A stretch of 64,000 nt of DNA from Zootoca vivipara (taxonomy: Eukaryota). A program made the translations under genes and the position numbers. Under the pieces are notes generated by a model. That model saw only the letters and a list, made by a program, of their open reading frames with translations. It was not told where the DNA came from and searched no databases. Positions 1 through 35,778 of this stretch are shown here, in pieces (position 1 is the first letter of the stretch; each line of letters begins with the position of its first letter). The DNA lies in NCBI RefSeq assembly GCF_963506605.1, contig NC_083286.1, forward strand, positions 33,356,001-33,420,000. Direction: 5' to 3'.

Positions 1-739
1 TTGAAAATATCTGCTTTAAGGATTTCTTTTTCTGAAACAAAATTGCTCTTCAGTCATACCTGCTCTTCAGTTTCATATAATAAAAAAGCTGCAAGAGCAT
101 TAGCAACATAGCCCTCAAAACAAGTCAATAATTTTAAGAGGTGGTAATGTGTTTCATTTCTGAAGACACTCCATTTCTTTCTCTGCCTGTGTTTCAATTA
201 AACTATCTGACACGGGGTCTTGTATGTAACATTGCAGCAATTGCTTCTCTGATTAGAAAAACAGCATCCTCTTGATTTATTCCTCTCTAATAATTGAAAT
301 AGCATTTTTTCAGTCTTCCAGTCAAATCTCCACAACAGATGTTACACTTACCCACACAAGTTGACCACAGAGGTGAGCAGTGATTTAGGTATGGAGAACA
401 AAAGGTTAATATTTGCACCAGCACACCTGCCCTGCTTGTCATTCTAGCAGGTGCACCCAAGAAGCAACCAACCAAGCATGTGCATGCAAAAAAAGGAGAA
501 AGAGAAACCACAATGCATGGTGGCTGGAAGGAAATCTTCACTCAAAAACATTTATAAGTTTCTATTTCAGCCTTTCCCAATCTGCTGCCCTCCAAATGTT
601 ATTGGACTATAACCCTCAACATCACTTTGGGGAAGTGCCATAGCTCACTGGCAAGTTCCAGGTTCAATCCTGGGAATGTCCTGTCTGAAACCCTAGAGCA
701 CCAGTCAGTAGTACTGGATAGATCAGGTGTCTGACCTTG

Positions 740-930
740 GCTTTATTTATATCCCACCTTTTGTCCAAGGAGCTCAAGGCGACATACATACTTATCCTCC
801 CCATTTTATCAGGCTCAGACAGAGTGGCCCCAAGGTCGCCCAGTGAACTTCAATCGCCCAGTCAGAATTTGAACCCTGATCTCCTGGGTCCTGGCCCAGC
901 GCTCTAACCACTATACCACTCTGTCTCCCC
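740..930 (-). mobile_element. Old tRNA/CORE-type (MIR-like) SINE
   Basis: Similar to copies at about 10540-10700 and 49040-49240; reverse-strand B-box GGTTCAAAT. Confidence 0.6.
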
Positions 931-1329
931 TATATACCTAACTATACCACACTGCCTCCCCTATATACCTATTTTACGTTTGCTGGGCCTAATGGAAATC
1001 TGCGTCCAGAATACCTGCAGGTTAACAAGCAGGAGGAAAGACTGCCCTAGTTCAACCCTCATTACTATGGCTTTTTTCATGTTTCAAAATGGACACCATC
1101 AGCCGTTGCTTCCCTTCTCTCTCAGGGGCTTCATGCTGTTTCTTTTTGTACCGGATGCGAATGCTTTACTTTACTTTGTACATCATGGGTGTGCGGAGGT
1201 CAGACCTTTGGGAATCTCCTTTGGCTTCCCCCCCCCTACTAGAAACCCCCTCAAAATCCGAAATACTTGCACTTCCCACTGAGGACCTTGGGAGTTTTTT
1301 CCATACAGAAATACAGTAAAGGTTTCTGG

Positions 1330-1870
1330 CTACAACGCCCCCTCCCCCTCCCTTCCTCGGCCGCGCTTTCCCCCAGAAAATTTCATCAGTAAAATGGAAA
1401 GGAGGGTGATTTTAGTTGTTATTAAATAATTGGGAGCCAGATGGCAGCCTGCCTGCGCTCAACCGAGCGGAACCAACCCGGCTATGAGGAAGGAAGAAGG
1501 GGCTGGAGCCTCTCTCTCTCCGCCCCCCGCCCCCCACTCAGCTCCAGCGAGCGCGGAAGACTCTCCACGAGGGGCGGCGAACGGACCTTACCCGGCTCGC
1601 GCGCTTCCATGTTCGGCCGAAGCGGGAGAAGGGAAGCTGCCAAGATACTCCCAGGCCTCGAGCGCGCCTACGTCGAGCACGCGCCGTTCGAAGCAGCGCC
1701 AACATATCCTTCCGCCGAGCGGACGGGAGAGAGAGTCCCAGTTTAGGATGCCCTCTGAATCTGCCGCTTTGGGATTAAATCTTTCAATCTCGCGCTCCAC
1801 TGACGCCTCGATACTGCCCCTCTTGGTTTTAATAATGCATTGGAACGGAGGTTGGGCGGTCCATATGTGC
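1330..1870 (-). promoter_or_regulatory. CpG island / promoter of the putative FAM151B
   Basis: Sharp rise in GC and CpG content with GC boxes around the exon at 1592-1610. Confidence 0.7.
1592..1610 (-). CDS. FAM151B: Probable first coding exon of FAM151B (MEAREPG, phase 1); rest of gene lies left of the window
   Basis: ATG GAA GCG CGC GAG CCG G followed by a GTAAGG donor inside a CpG island. Human FAM151B starts with a tiny exon ending in ...PG and lies directly downstream of ZFYVE16 on the same strand. Only 19 nt, so the identity rests on synteny. Confidence 0.6.
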
Positions 1871-2655
1871 AGAGGGGGTAGGGCGCACAAAAGGGGCAAA
1901 GTGTGGTGTCTTTCTAAGTGGGCAAGCTGTGTGCTACGTTAAGATCTCTGGAACAAATATAACACTATATTTGGAGCCCAAAGCACCAAGGGGGAGCAGG
2001 GAGGGGCAGTTGCCCCCCCCAATGAATAAAAATCAATAGCAAACAGGTTACCCCCCCCCTAACAAAATGCATGACCCCCACCCCCAACAAAAATCCTGGC
2101 TACACCCATGCAAGCACCTATGAGTGTGTCCCACAAATACCTTTGGTGCAGCAAATGTATTTAAAGTATATATCCCATGTTTCTCCTTAAAATGCTGCTC
2201 ATAGAGCTGTAAGTAAATTCAAATTTCAAATTTGGGACAAATCGGTTAATATTTAGACCCTGCTCCTACAGATTGAAATTTTGCCTCACTACAAGTGATG
2301 AAAACATAGGAATTTGACTCATTTATTCTCAGTATGTTAAATTGTGAACTAATAAACATAAATTTTAGGTTTTATATAGAGCAATAATAGTTGCATACTG
2401 TTATTTTCCGCAATATTTATTTAAGGTAAAACATGTTGATAATTTACATGAAAAACCAATGGTTTTGAACAAATTATATGGAACAATTAAGCAACCTCAA
2501 AAGTCGCATACGACTTTGAGGTTGTGGCCAAATTTTAGGACAATCGGGTAAGTGCTTTGGGAGAAAAGTGGGGAATAATACACATGCACCTTCACCATAT
2601 ATATATATTGTTTCCCCTTCAGGTCTGTGGCTGGATATTATAATAAAAAGACAAG

Positions 2656-3007
2656 TAAAGGTAAAGGGACCCCTGAGCGTTAGGTCCAGTCGTGGATGAC
2701 TCTGGGGTTGCGGCGCTCATCTCGCTTTACTGGCCGAGGGAGCCGGCATACAGCTTCTAGGTCATGTGGCCAGCATGACTAAGCCGCTTCTGGCGAACCA
2801 GAGCAGCACACGGAAATGCTGTTTACCTTCCCACTGGAGCGGTACCTATTTATCTACTTGCACTTTGACGTGCTTTCAAACTGCTAGGTGGGCAGGAGCA
2901 GGGACCGAGCAATGGGAGCTCACCCCATCACGGGGATTTGAACTGCCAACCTTCTGATTGGCAAGCCCTAGGCTCTGTGGTTTAGACCACAGCGCCATCC
3001 GCGTCCC
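2656..3007 (-). mobile_element. Sauria-type SINE, full length
   Basis: GGGACGCGG... tRNA-like head, (ACCTTT)n tail, flanking aaaagacaag duplication. Confidence 0.9.
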
Positions 3008-5377
3008 ATAAAAGACAAGCAGTTCAACATAAAAGACAAGTAGTTCAACTTAATTTTAGTAAAGTGTCACAACATACATTTTAAAATACTTCTGTGTTTT
3101 ATTCTAGAAATACTGTACAGATAACCCTTAAAGACTAACAGGACCAGAAAACCTCCAGTTTCCTTCTCAATTGACAATTTGTTCAATATGTGAAACACAC
3201 ATATTTTGCGGTTATCTAAAGAACTACTTCGTGCATATCCAAGCACCTGGCATTCTCAGCGGTATTTTTACTTGTCTTTTTTTCAACCCCCACAATTTGC
3301 CTCTAAGCAACTTGCTATGTAGCATGAGAATATTGTCTGAGAAACACATACATAGTAGTAGTTAGGCACACATGAGTTCTTGGAATCCCAGTCTTTATTT
3401 CTCTACTGTGCGTTTAAGAACACTGAAAATCAGGTTTCTTATAGCAGGTTATTTAGCGAGTTGTATCTTAAGTACATGGTCTGTAATACTATAAATAAGA
3501 CCAGAGACAATTTTTATGGCCAGAATGTACCAAAGTCAATAAGCTTAACATGTTCACTTTTAAAACAGAGGCAGAAATCTTCATGGTTACTCTGAGGAAC
3601 CTCAAATAGATTTGGGAACCGATAAAGTTCAATTTAAGTAAGCAACAGAAAGAAGGGGACCTTTAAGCAATGTTTCATGGCTTTTAAAATGTTATTGTGT
3701 CATTTGTTAAGTACTTGTCAGCTTCATTCATGAAGATTTTAATAATATTTATACATTTTATAAGGCCTAATAATATTGTTCTAAAACAAGTGTTTATAAA
3801 ACGCTACTTGTTATCTATAAACTGAAAGGATCGATTTCCAAGAGAACATAAAGCTATTATGACAAAATGGGTTACAATTGCTTTTACACAATACAATGTT
3901 GTACAAGCCATGGTTACATATGATGGGTCAATATTTGAAACACTTAGCATTCTTTGCTGCAGCTGTCTTCCTCTGTTCACCGATACAAGAACCTAGATAT
4001 GGTATTGTAATGAATGTTACTGTAAACTTTAGCTTGTCCACAGAATTTTAATTCTGAATAGAAAGGAGTGCATAGGTCCAATGATAATAGTCTAATGGCC
4101 AGCAATTTCTCAACGTCTCCAAAAATCCTATGCCACCGTAACATAAACTGGCAAACATTTTCGTTTATAAGCTGTATTTTGATAAAACATAAATATACCC
4201 CAGTGAATGTAAGAAGGCATCTAGATACAATTAGAATGCAATAAATTCAGTCTAATACTTTAATCAAACAGACACATAGGCACACACAATTTACTTCTGT
4301 GCATAACAAACAGGAACATTATGCAGGCATTATCAAAATGTATTTAGAGTTCTCAGGTACTAATATCAATTATCCTCATATATAAATGCTTATTTAATGC
4401 AAATACCCCAGTATAAAAATAAGTACTGTATACAGGAAACCGTTCGTGAAAATTCACACTTAATACATTGTTCTCCCTGAAAATAAACAGGGATACCAAG
4501 ATGTCTCAAAAATCAGAGAATGGAGCACAGACAGGCTTCATGCCTGATTTACTGCTACAGGATGACTACTTTAAGGGTCATCTGGCTTCTTACTCATTCT
4601 TGGAAAAACCAAGAAACTGTACATCTGAGCATAGAAGAAAAAATATTAGGTATTTAATATAAAGGGTATTCATCTTTTGTGTTCAATAAATCCATTATAA
4701 ACATATAACAAAGTTAGCCATTCAAAAAGTAATTCCATGAGAGCTGTCAAATTTTGCAAAAGTGCATCATTATACACTTCAAAAACATACCATTAAAAAA
4801 AAATCAAGAGTCTTATAAAATTATCGCAATGGTAAGAAACATGCTGTGTTTCTAGGTAATATTGATCTGTTCAAACATCTCCCAAACACTTTCAGTAATA
4901 GCTTTTTATACTTGAATCTCAACTACTAAGAGCTGGAAACTGTTTTGTTTCACTTACACTTATCTTTTTTAAAACAAACAAACAAAACAAACAAACAAAC
5001 CCAAAACTATTTAAGAATAGCCTATCAGACTTGCATCTAATTTAAAAAACCACCTAAAACATCTGTAAATGATAGATGGATATCCTTCAGTATTTTGCAC
5101 GCACAAGCTAGTTTTAATCCTTTCTTGCCTTTTACTGGGCTGTATTAAGTGTAAACTTTCAGAACGTTAGATAATGGTCAAGTTTTTAAAATGATATTTC
5201 ATGTTGACATTAAGGAGGAACATGCTCACATTTTAAAAAGGTAAAATGTTATTAAAGATATGTTACTAAATCATTGGCTTTTAAAAAAAATAAAACCTGA
5301 ATATTCCATCCATCTAACTGCTTTGGTATTGGTCAGTGCTAGCAATTCAGTCCACTGCAGTATAACATACACGCCTG

Positions 5378-28103
<22,726 letters not shown>

Positions 28104-28947
28104 CTATGTAGAATACACTGAATTAAGCAAGGGCAGGTCTACCGGTAGATCTTGAACAATTTGTAGTAGATTGTAAGAAATTTCTGACTAACAATTCTTT
28201 GAAATAGCAACACTAAAAAGTTGTATGCTTCTATCAAATTAGGCTGCTGAAAAAGAAGAAGTCAAGGCCTGATTAAACCGATGATTAATTAAACTGTGGC
28301 TTAGAGTTGTGCGAGTCCAACAGCTTAACTATGTTTTGGTTTGCTTTTACTGCTAACAAACTATTATCTGAAGCCATAGGGTTTTTTTTGCTTATAAACT
28401 TGTTTTAACTATGGCTTGGCATTATAGGTGAACTGAGCACTCTTCCTTAACCATGGTGTATCTGACTACCCACATTAAAAACTTGCATAAAGTCACAATC
28501 CCAAGCAAAGGTGCCAGCTTGTGCCTAAGACTAGGTGTGTGTCATGTGTGCAACGGCAATGTCACATGATGTTTCATGAGAAGCACTCAGCAGCCTTCTA
28601 CAACAGGAGGAGAATGAGCTGGCCAGGAAAGACACACTTGGCTTCCTGAACCCCGATGCTACAAACATTGAGGGAAGGCCAAAAGAGCTCAGCCTGATAA
28701 CATAATTAGTCAGTATCTAACCCAAAAAAGTCTTTTAAGATGGTTCATTAAGACATGAACAGTAATGAAAAACAAGCTGTGGACCAACACTGTCAATTTG
28801 ATCACTCAAAATCATAAGACAAACCATGACTTGCAAACCAAGTACCTGGTAAGCACTTTGAAATTCTTGATAAGATAGCTAATCCTAAAGCAACCTATGA
28901 CAAAACTGCCAAGTATACAGCACATAAAGATCATTAACATTCTAAAT

Positions 28948-29266
28948 CAGGGGTTCCCAAACTAAGGCCCGGGGGCCAGATGAGGCCCAATCACCTTCTA
29001 AATCCGGCCCGTGGACAGTCCGGGAATCAGCATGTTTTTACATGAGTAGAATGTGTCCTTTTATTTAAAATGCATCCCTGGGTTATTCGTGGGGCCTGCC
29101 TGGTGTTTTTACATGAGTAGAATGTATCCTTTTATTTAAAATGCATCTCTGGGTTATTTGTGGGGCACAGGAATTCGTTCATATTTTTTTTCAAAATATA
29201 GTCCGGCCCCCCACAAGGCCTGAGGGACAGTGGACCGGCCCCCTGCTGAAAAAGTTTGCTGACCCG
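28948..29266. mobile_element. Non-autonomous hAT (OC1-like) with an internal tandem duplication of about 70 bp
   Basis: Same family as 13847-14097; TSD (t/a)tctaaat. Confidence 0.88.
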
Positions 29267-29649
29267 ATCTAAATATTTCTGTCTTGTTGCTGATCTCATG
29301 TCAGCTAAACTTAAAGCATGGGGTAAAAATGCTGCAGCTTGTATAGACTTAGTTGCAAGAAGTCAAATCATTTTTGAACTGGGAAGAAAACGTTCCTAAC
29401 TCTTTAAGTGCACAGACAAGCTAGGGAGACACCCAGGAGCTTCACTTGCTTGTGCTCTGAGAACGTCCCTGCACACGGAAAAACACAGATTTTGGTGCAA
29501 CAAACCCACCCTCGCTCGCTATGGTGTCGTCATATCAGCTTGACTTCTCACATGATTATCTTCCTTCAGATATAGCAGCGGGGAAAGAAACACACACATG
29601 CGAATTCTATTGCATTATATTGGCATTTCAACCTTGAGCCAGTTTCAAC

Positions 29650-30780
29650 CTCCTGCGCCGTTTTGTTTACTACAATGGCTCCACAAACCATAAAAAGCAC
29701 ACCGGGGCGGACAAAACTTCTGGAGATTTATTATAATCGCACGGGATTATTCCAACCAAGACCGGGGCGGGGGAGAAAGCATGGGGGTGGGGTGTTTGAT
29801 GTTGAGGTTTCCGATCTCTCCAGGCGCCAGACGGAAACTGGAGCCTGAAACTCTTTTGAGAGGCAACAAATCGTGAAGATGTCAAGCAAGGAAGGGGGTG
29901 GGAGGTTTGCAGGAGGAGAGAGGAACCAACTCGCTCGCCCCAGGGAAGGCAGGACACCCCGGGGTGCCGGTCCTTCCCTTTATAAGATAGTAGAGCAGGC
30001 GGGTCTTTCCTACCCACCGCTTCAGCCCCCCTCGCTCCTGCCCTCCACCGACCCCTAAACGGGGAGAGGGGGAAATGTGTGGGGTGGCGAGCAGCCAGAG
30101 CATTACTTGAAGAGATGCCTCGTCCACACCGGAACCCAAACAGTGTCCCTCGTCACAGAATACCTGAGAGAAATGGAGGCCTTTACACCACAGGCGCCCC
30201 CACATCTGAGGGACAAAAAAAAAAATTGGGCGCCGGACCCTCTCTTGAGGCCGAAACCCGGAGCAGACACGCCCCCACACCAGGAAGCAACAACACCCCC
30301 CCTACACACACACACCGCTCACCTCATGGGCGCTCCCGCCAGCTTAATACGAGCCCCGCGAAGCGCGGCGGGACTTTTGTGCAGACTTTTTTTTTTTGCC
30401 TTTCCCCGAGAAAGGGGGGTCTCCTCTTTCTTCTTCTTCTTCAGGTCTACGTGCGCATGCGCCGACCTCGCGCTCTGCTTCTCTCTCCCCCTCTCCGCCT
30501 TCCCTCAAGTCTTCGGCTACCAATCTCCGGGATGGAGCCAAGTGCGCTTGCGCAGTTGCTAGGCTGTTTTTCTTCCCTCCTCCTCCTTCGCGCTTCGGAG
30601 GTCAAGTCAAAAGGTTCGGGTGATTCCCCAGACCCGGGCGGCGGATCGGTGCGTCAAAAGTGGTGGTTAGGCATCCCCTCAATCAGGATCATCCTGATTG
30701 AGGGAGTAGCCGCTTGCATTTCCTCTGCTTGGGAGGTAAAGTTGCACCGAAAAAGGAGAAGGGAAGAGGACGCTTGGTTT
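29650..30780 (-). promoter_or_regulatory. ZFYVE16 CpG-island promoter with probable non-coding exon 1 (donor after 30323)
   Basis: CpG-rich; AG|GTGAGC donor at 30322 on the minus strand; NRF1-type TGCGCATGCGC at 30452-30462 and TGCGCTTGCGCA at 30543-30554. Confidence 0.75.
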
Positions 30781-30798
30781 TTACATAACGTTTGAATA

Positions 30799-31148
30799 AA
30801 AAGGTAAAGGGACCCCTGACCATTAGGTCCAGTCGTGACCGACTCTGGGGTTGCGCGCTCATCTCGCATTATTGGCCGAGGGAGCCGGCGTATAGCTTCC
30901 AGGTCATGTGGCCAGCATGACAAAGCCGCTTCTGGCAAACCAGAGCAGCACATGGAAACGCCGTTTACCTTCCCGCTGTAGCGGTTCCTATTTATCTACT
31001 TGCATTTTGACGTGCTTTCGAACTGCTAGGTTGGCAGGAGCTGGGACCAAGCAACGGGAGCTCACCCCGTCACAGGGATTCGAACCGCCAACCTTATGAT
31101 CAGCAAGCCCTAGGCTCAGTGGTTTAACCACAGCGCCACCTGGGTCCC
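30799..31148 (-). mobile_element. Sauria-type SINE, full length
   Basis: TSD ataacgtttgaata at 30785-30798 and 31150-31163. Confidence 0.92.
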
Positions 31149-31860
31149 TATAACGTTTGAATAGGCTTCATTTTTATGTAGAGATGCCAAATTTGGGGAA
31201 CGTTACTATAATTAAAGCAGTAGTACAGGGCGCCTCCGTCTACTGTCCTCCCTTCAAGGTCCTTGCCCTTCCCTGTTGTGATCCTTTTTAATCTTTTAAA
31301 TGGACTTTGGTATCCGGCGGTGAAACGTCGAGCTCTTAAGAGAAGCAGGAGCGATCAGAAAGTGCGGATTTGAAGGTCCTTTGGACGCCCGGGATTGCAT
31401 GGAGCTATTTTAAAGGGGAAAGTTCCTTTGAGAATGTGCAGAGTAGTACTACACGTAGCTGACCACTCAAAAACTCCAGCCGTTCTTGCAAATTAGAGTT
31501 GGACTTTAATTTAAGTGGCTGCTGAGCTATAGACATATATTTGTTTTATAACTACATTTATTAGCTGTCAATCAAAATGCATCATTTCCCTGTGTCCTCT
31601 TAAATATATATAAGCAACATAATCACTATCCTCATATCAGCATAAGCCTGATAGCTAAGGAGTGGACTTTTTCTGAGGCAGCCACTAAACTGAGGAGGTA
31701 AAGTAAGCTTGCAACTTTCGTGGGGCTTGCATGCCACGCCTAAAGCCAAAACCGTGCATAGTCAAAACACATTGGGTTCAATGGTGGGTGAAATTGACAG
31801 TCATTTTTCTTGGAACCCCGCCCCCTTTTTATTTTTGGCTACACACATAAGGCTTAATGT

Positions 31861-32246
31861 TGTTGTTGTTTAGTCATTTAGTCGTGTCCGACTCTTCGTG
31901 ACCCCATGGACCAGGCATCCTCAAACTGCGGCCCTCCATATGTTTTGGCCTACAACTCCCATGTTCCCTAGCTAACAGGACCAGTGGTCGGGGAAGATGG
32001 GAATTGTAGTCCAAAACATCTGGAGGGCCGAAGTTTGGGGAAGCCTGCCATGGACCATAGCACACCAGGCACTCCTGTCTTGCACTGCCTCCCGCAGTTT
32101 GGTCAAACTCATGTTCATAGCTTCGAGAACAGTGTCCAACCATCTCGTCCTCTGTCGTCCCCTTCTCCTAGTGTCCTCAATCTTTCCCAACATCAGGGTC
32201 TTTTCCAAGGATTCTTCTCTTCTCATGAGGTGGCCAAAGTATTGGA
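31861..32246 (-). mobile_element. Bov-B LINE 3' fragment interrupted by a MITE
   Basis: Reverse copy of the 17.2-17.7 kb sequence; TSD gcttaatgt. Confidence 0.9.
31912..32047. mobile_element. 136-bp hAT-type MITE
   Basis: CAGGCATCC..AAACT TIRs, 8-bp TSD ccatggac. Confidence 0.9.
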
Positions 32247-33579
32247 GCTTAATGTGCACAAGTTAAATGCACATAAGTTGCAGGCTTATTATATTTCCTC
32301 CTCACATCGGTATTCCTGGCATCTTTGTTGTATAGGTGTCCTCCTATGCTGAAGACACACCCCATTAATTACCTTGATCACCCATGTTAAGCTGAATGTT
32401 GGAAGATTTGGGACATAGCACTATGGAATTTGCTCCCACAAAAATAGGATTAGAAAAATGCACAGAGAATAAGGTTATCAAGAGCTACTAGCCATGATGA
32501 CTATGTTCTGCATCCACTTTGGGGGGGGGGGAAACTATGTCTCAATACAGTAGTAGCAGGTGATAAGAACCACAAGTAGGCAGAATCCTGTTAAACTTGG
32601 GTCTTTGTGGGTTTCCCATAGGCATATGGTTGGCCACTTTGAGAACAGGATGCTGCACTAGATGGGCCATTGGCCTGATCCAGCAGGCTCTTATGTTCAG
32701 TGCTGCAAAACATAATTATAAATAAATGCATTGTGTTCTGAACAAACTATAGCAAATATTACTTCTTCAACATACCAAAGTGTTACAAAATATTTAGGCA
32801 AACTCTCAGCTTGGGAGTGTAAATATAATTCATTAATATTTGGCTTTAATTGTTTGCACTTCTATGTGACTGAAGTGTTGAAAGGGAGTCATGCCTAATT
32901 ACTTAATCACTTCTCCCAAATAATTGTTTTTGTTTACAGGAGCACATCCTAAGCCTTCAGGCTTGATAATATAATCTAATAGTTAGAATCATGTCAAAGC
33001 TTGTGAAAATATTTATTTGCTTTTAATGGCTTTTGGTAAAATAACATCAGACAATGAAGAAACCATCTGTTTGCAGGTTACACTCATGTGCAATATTTTG
33101 TTTTTAAGATGCACAGTGCAGTATTTCAAGGTCATCATTAGTTTTAATTGCCAGAAAATATATGTTAATATATATGTTAATAATTCAAATTTACTTATTT
33201 ATTTATTTAACAAAAAATATATAGTTTGATTGCCGTAAAGACAATAAATATTAAAATTATAAATAATACATGTAAACAATTTAAAACATTTAAAAATAAT
33301 TAAAATTAACAGTAAAACACATCAACATTTGGATAGGCTTGCCTAAATAAAAATGTTTAAGTGGGTACAGTAGAGTGCAAATCAATACATATTGATAAAC
33401 TGAAGGTGTTAGGCCATGGAGTCTGAAGATTGTAATAAAGTACAGGAGCTGAAAATTAGGGGGTTTAGATTACTAGAGTGCCTATCTAAGGCAACAGGGA
33501 CTGCAGAGCAGGGATTTTTAAACAATTTTTTTATTTTAAAGCCAAATGATTTAGGAGAAAGTGGAATTGCCCCACTTGA

Positions 33580-33773
33580 GAGCTGAAAGAACTTTCTGAC
33601 AGTAAGAGCTGTTTAGCAGTGGAAACAGACTCCCAGAAGAGGTGGTGGACTCTCCTTCCTTGGAGGTTTTTAATAAGACGTTAGATGGCCATCTGTCATT
33701 TAGCTGGCATTCCTGCACTGCAAGGGAGACTAGATGACCCCCAGGGTCCCTTCCAACTCCACGATTCTATGAA
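33580..33773 (+). mobile_element. CR1 3' end
   Basis: ...gactagatgacc...ggtcccttccaactc...gattctatga. Confidence 0.75.
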
Positions 33774-34336
33774 TTTTGAATGGTAACCAAGTCTGCACTT
33801 AAATCCCTTCTGCGAAATACTAATATTCTGGCAGCACCCTGTGCCTCTACAGATGCATATGGCTGATTGTCCCTCCTTAGAAACATTGCAGAACAGTTAA
33901 GTTATTATGGGCCCCTCCCTCCCCCCCCCAGCCTGAAGTGATTAAGTGGAGGAACAGGTTGCTCCTGTTTGTAAGAACGTGGCCTTTGTTTCTGTTGTTG
34001 CATCACAGTTTGCAGCAGATGGGCCCTGAAAGGGAGAGCATCACCATTCGCTTTTCATTATACAAGTAATTTATGCAGACACCTGCTATTTTTTGAGAAA
34101 TCCTCTATAAGTTTTCACACTCGCCAGCAATAAGAAGAGTATTCTCCCCCCCTTTATATCTTCTCAGCACATACAAATAATGAGTGAAGACAAACAAGAC
34201 ATTTTGTTTAGTTCACAACATTTGGCTGCTGCTGAAGAGCTTTCCCTGTGGTTTATTTGTCACAGTTACAGGGACAAATTGGAACCGGTCCTTGCCTTTA
34301 AGATCTACAGCTGCTCTAATTACATCTTAATGTGCT

Positions 34337-34595
34337 TGAAACAAAATAAAAAAAAAAATCCTTCCAGTAGCACCTTAGAGACCCACTAAGTTTGTCATTG
34401 GTATGAGCTTTCATGTGCAAGCACACTTCTTCAGATACACTGAAACAGAAGTCACCAGACCCTTATACTGTACAGTATATAGTGAGAGGGTGGGGAGGGG
34501 TATTACTCAGAAGGGTGGTGGGAATGGGTGATTGGCTGATAGGTGTGGTAAACCTGTTGACGACTGTTAACGACTTCAATTGGTCTTACAGGAAT
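34337..34595 (-). mobile_element. Penelope-like element terminal repeat (pLTR) remnant
   Basis: On the minus strand: CCAAT box, TATA-like stretch, hammerhead core, then ttagtgggtctctaaggtgctactgg shared with the copies at 25037, 46958 and 48392. Confidence 0.75.
34401..34438 (-). ncRNA. Minimal type I hammerhead ribozyme motif
   Basis: GUAU-CUGAAGA-A-GUGUGC UU GCACAU-GAAA-GC-UC-AUAC: helix I GUAU/AUAC, intact CUGANGA and GAAA core, helix II, palindromic AGCU helix III. Confidence 0.7.
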
Positions 34596-35778
34596 CTAGC
34601 TTCAAAATTAAGGGAGCATGCAGCAGCTTTTATGGTGAAAATTGGCTTAAAAAACCTGATTGGTACAACTGCCAAAAGCTGTGGGTTTATCCATTCTGAA
34701 ATGCTAAATGTGTTTTGTTATCTAAATGTGTGGTTGATTTAACATTGTAGCCAATATCTTAAATTAAGGCAACTTTAAAGTCCCTGGCATGCAAAACTGT
34801 TACCCTTCCCCAATTGGGGGAGGGATTTGGTAACCCTAATACATGTGACTATGTCAAAATGAGGGATGTATGAACGCTAAGGAGACTTCCGTCAGCACAG
34901 GATGTATCCTTGTACAACAAAATTTCCCCCCTCCTCTGCCCCCCAATCTGTTCTGAAGGTTCCCCAAGCCTCCAAAGTAAATTTGGGGGGCAGTGGGATG
35001 TACATGAAGGGAGTCGTCTCCTTACACTAGTGCTAATCCTTGCATTTGCATTTTTATTTAGTTGAATACTGCCCATAGTTTTGACACACTGTTAAATTAT
35101 AAATGACATTACTTAATTTTTAAAACAGCAGAGAATCCATTAATTTATGATCAGCAGAGAAAAAAGTTGTACCCAACTTGCTAAATCATACATCAGAACT
35201 GACCCACTGAAATTAATGGACTTAAAAGTCTACTGGTTTTAGAGGATCTAGTCCCTAAATGTGTGGATACACAACTCAGAATCTCTTTATCTTAAAGTTA
35301 ACTATTCCCATAGCATAGACGTTCGTTCATTTGATCGTGAAATAGTGCTTTCAAAAATACATCTGCCCCCAATTCCATCATAGCATAAAATGCACAGGCA
35401 TCACGTACAAGCAAACTATTTACAAATATCTACATTAAGTGTCTAAAAAATAAAACACATTCAGTTGTTTTCTGCAGTTATTTTAATTATTTTAATTAAA
35501 TTGGTGAAAAATGCTTAAAATCACTCTAATAAAAAGGTTCCCTGAAGTATGATGACAGGACTACAGCCCAAACCAGGGGCTCTGTTGGCATGCAATAACT
35601 TCTGCATGTTGACTTCTATGTATCACAGTGATGAAAGACCTGGAAGTCAATAGAAAGCCCACACACGCAAGCACATATGAATCTTAAATCAGTCTCCTTG
35701 AGCATTAAAGAGGTGCATTGCCTCTGTCACCCCCCTCCTTTCTAGGCTCTACCCTCCCCTACAGAGCAGTCAGTATTT

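Noticed and set aside
2766-2957. Recurrent MASMTKPLL... ORFs (also 12768, 30908, 42877, 51499, 59336) as a small-protein family
   Set aside because: They are antisense readings of Sauria SINE copies, with indels between copies.
30077-30795. Long overlapping ORFs (161-238 aa) in GC-rich segments, also 1430-1942, 15036-15597 and 48485-48914
   Set aside because: Stop-codon depletion in CpG islands or a GC-rich transposon; low-complexity products with no recognisable domain.
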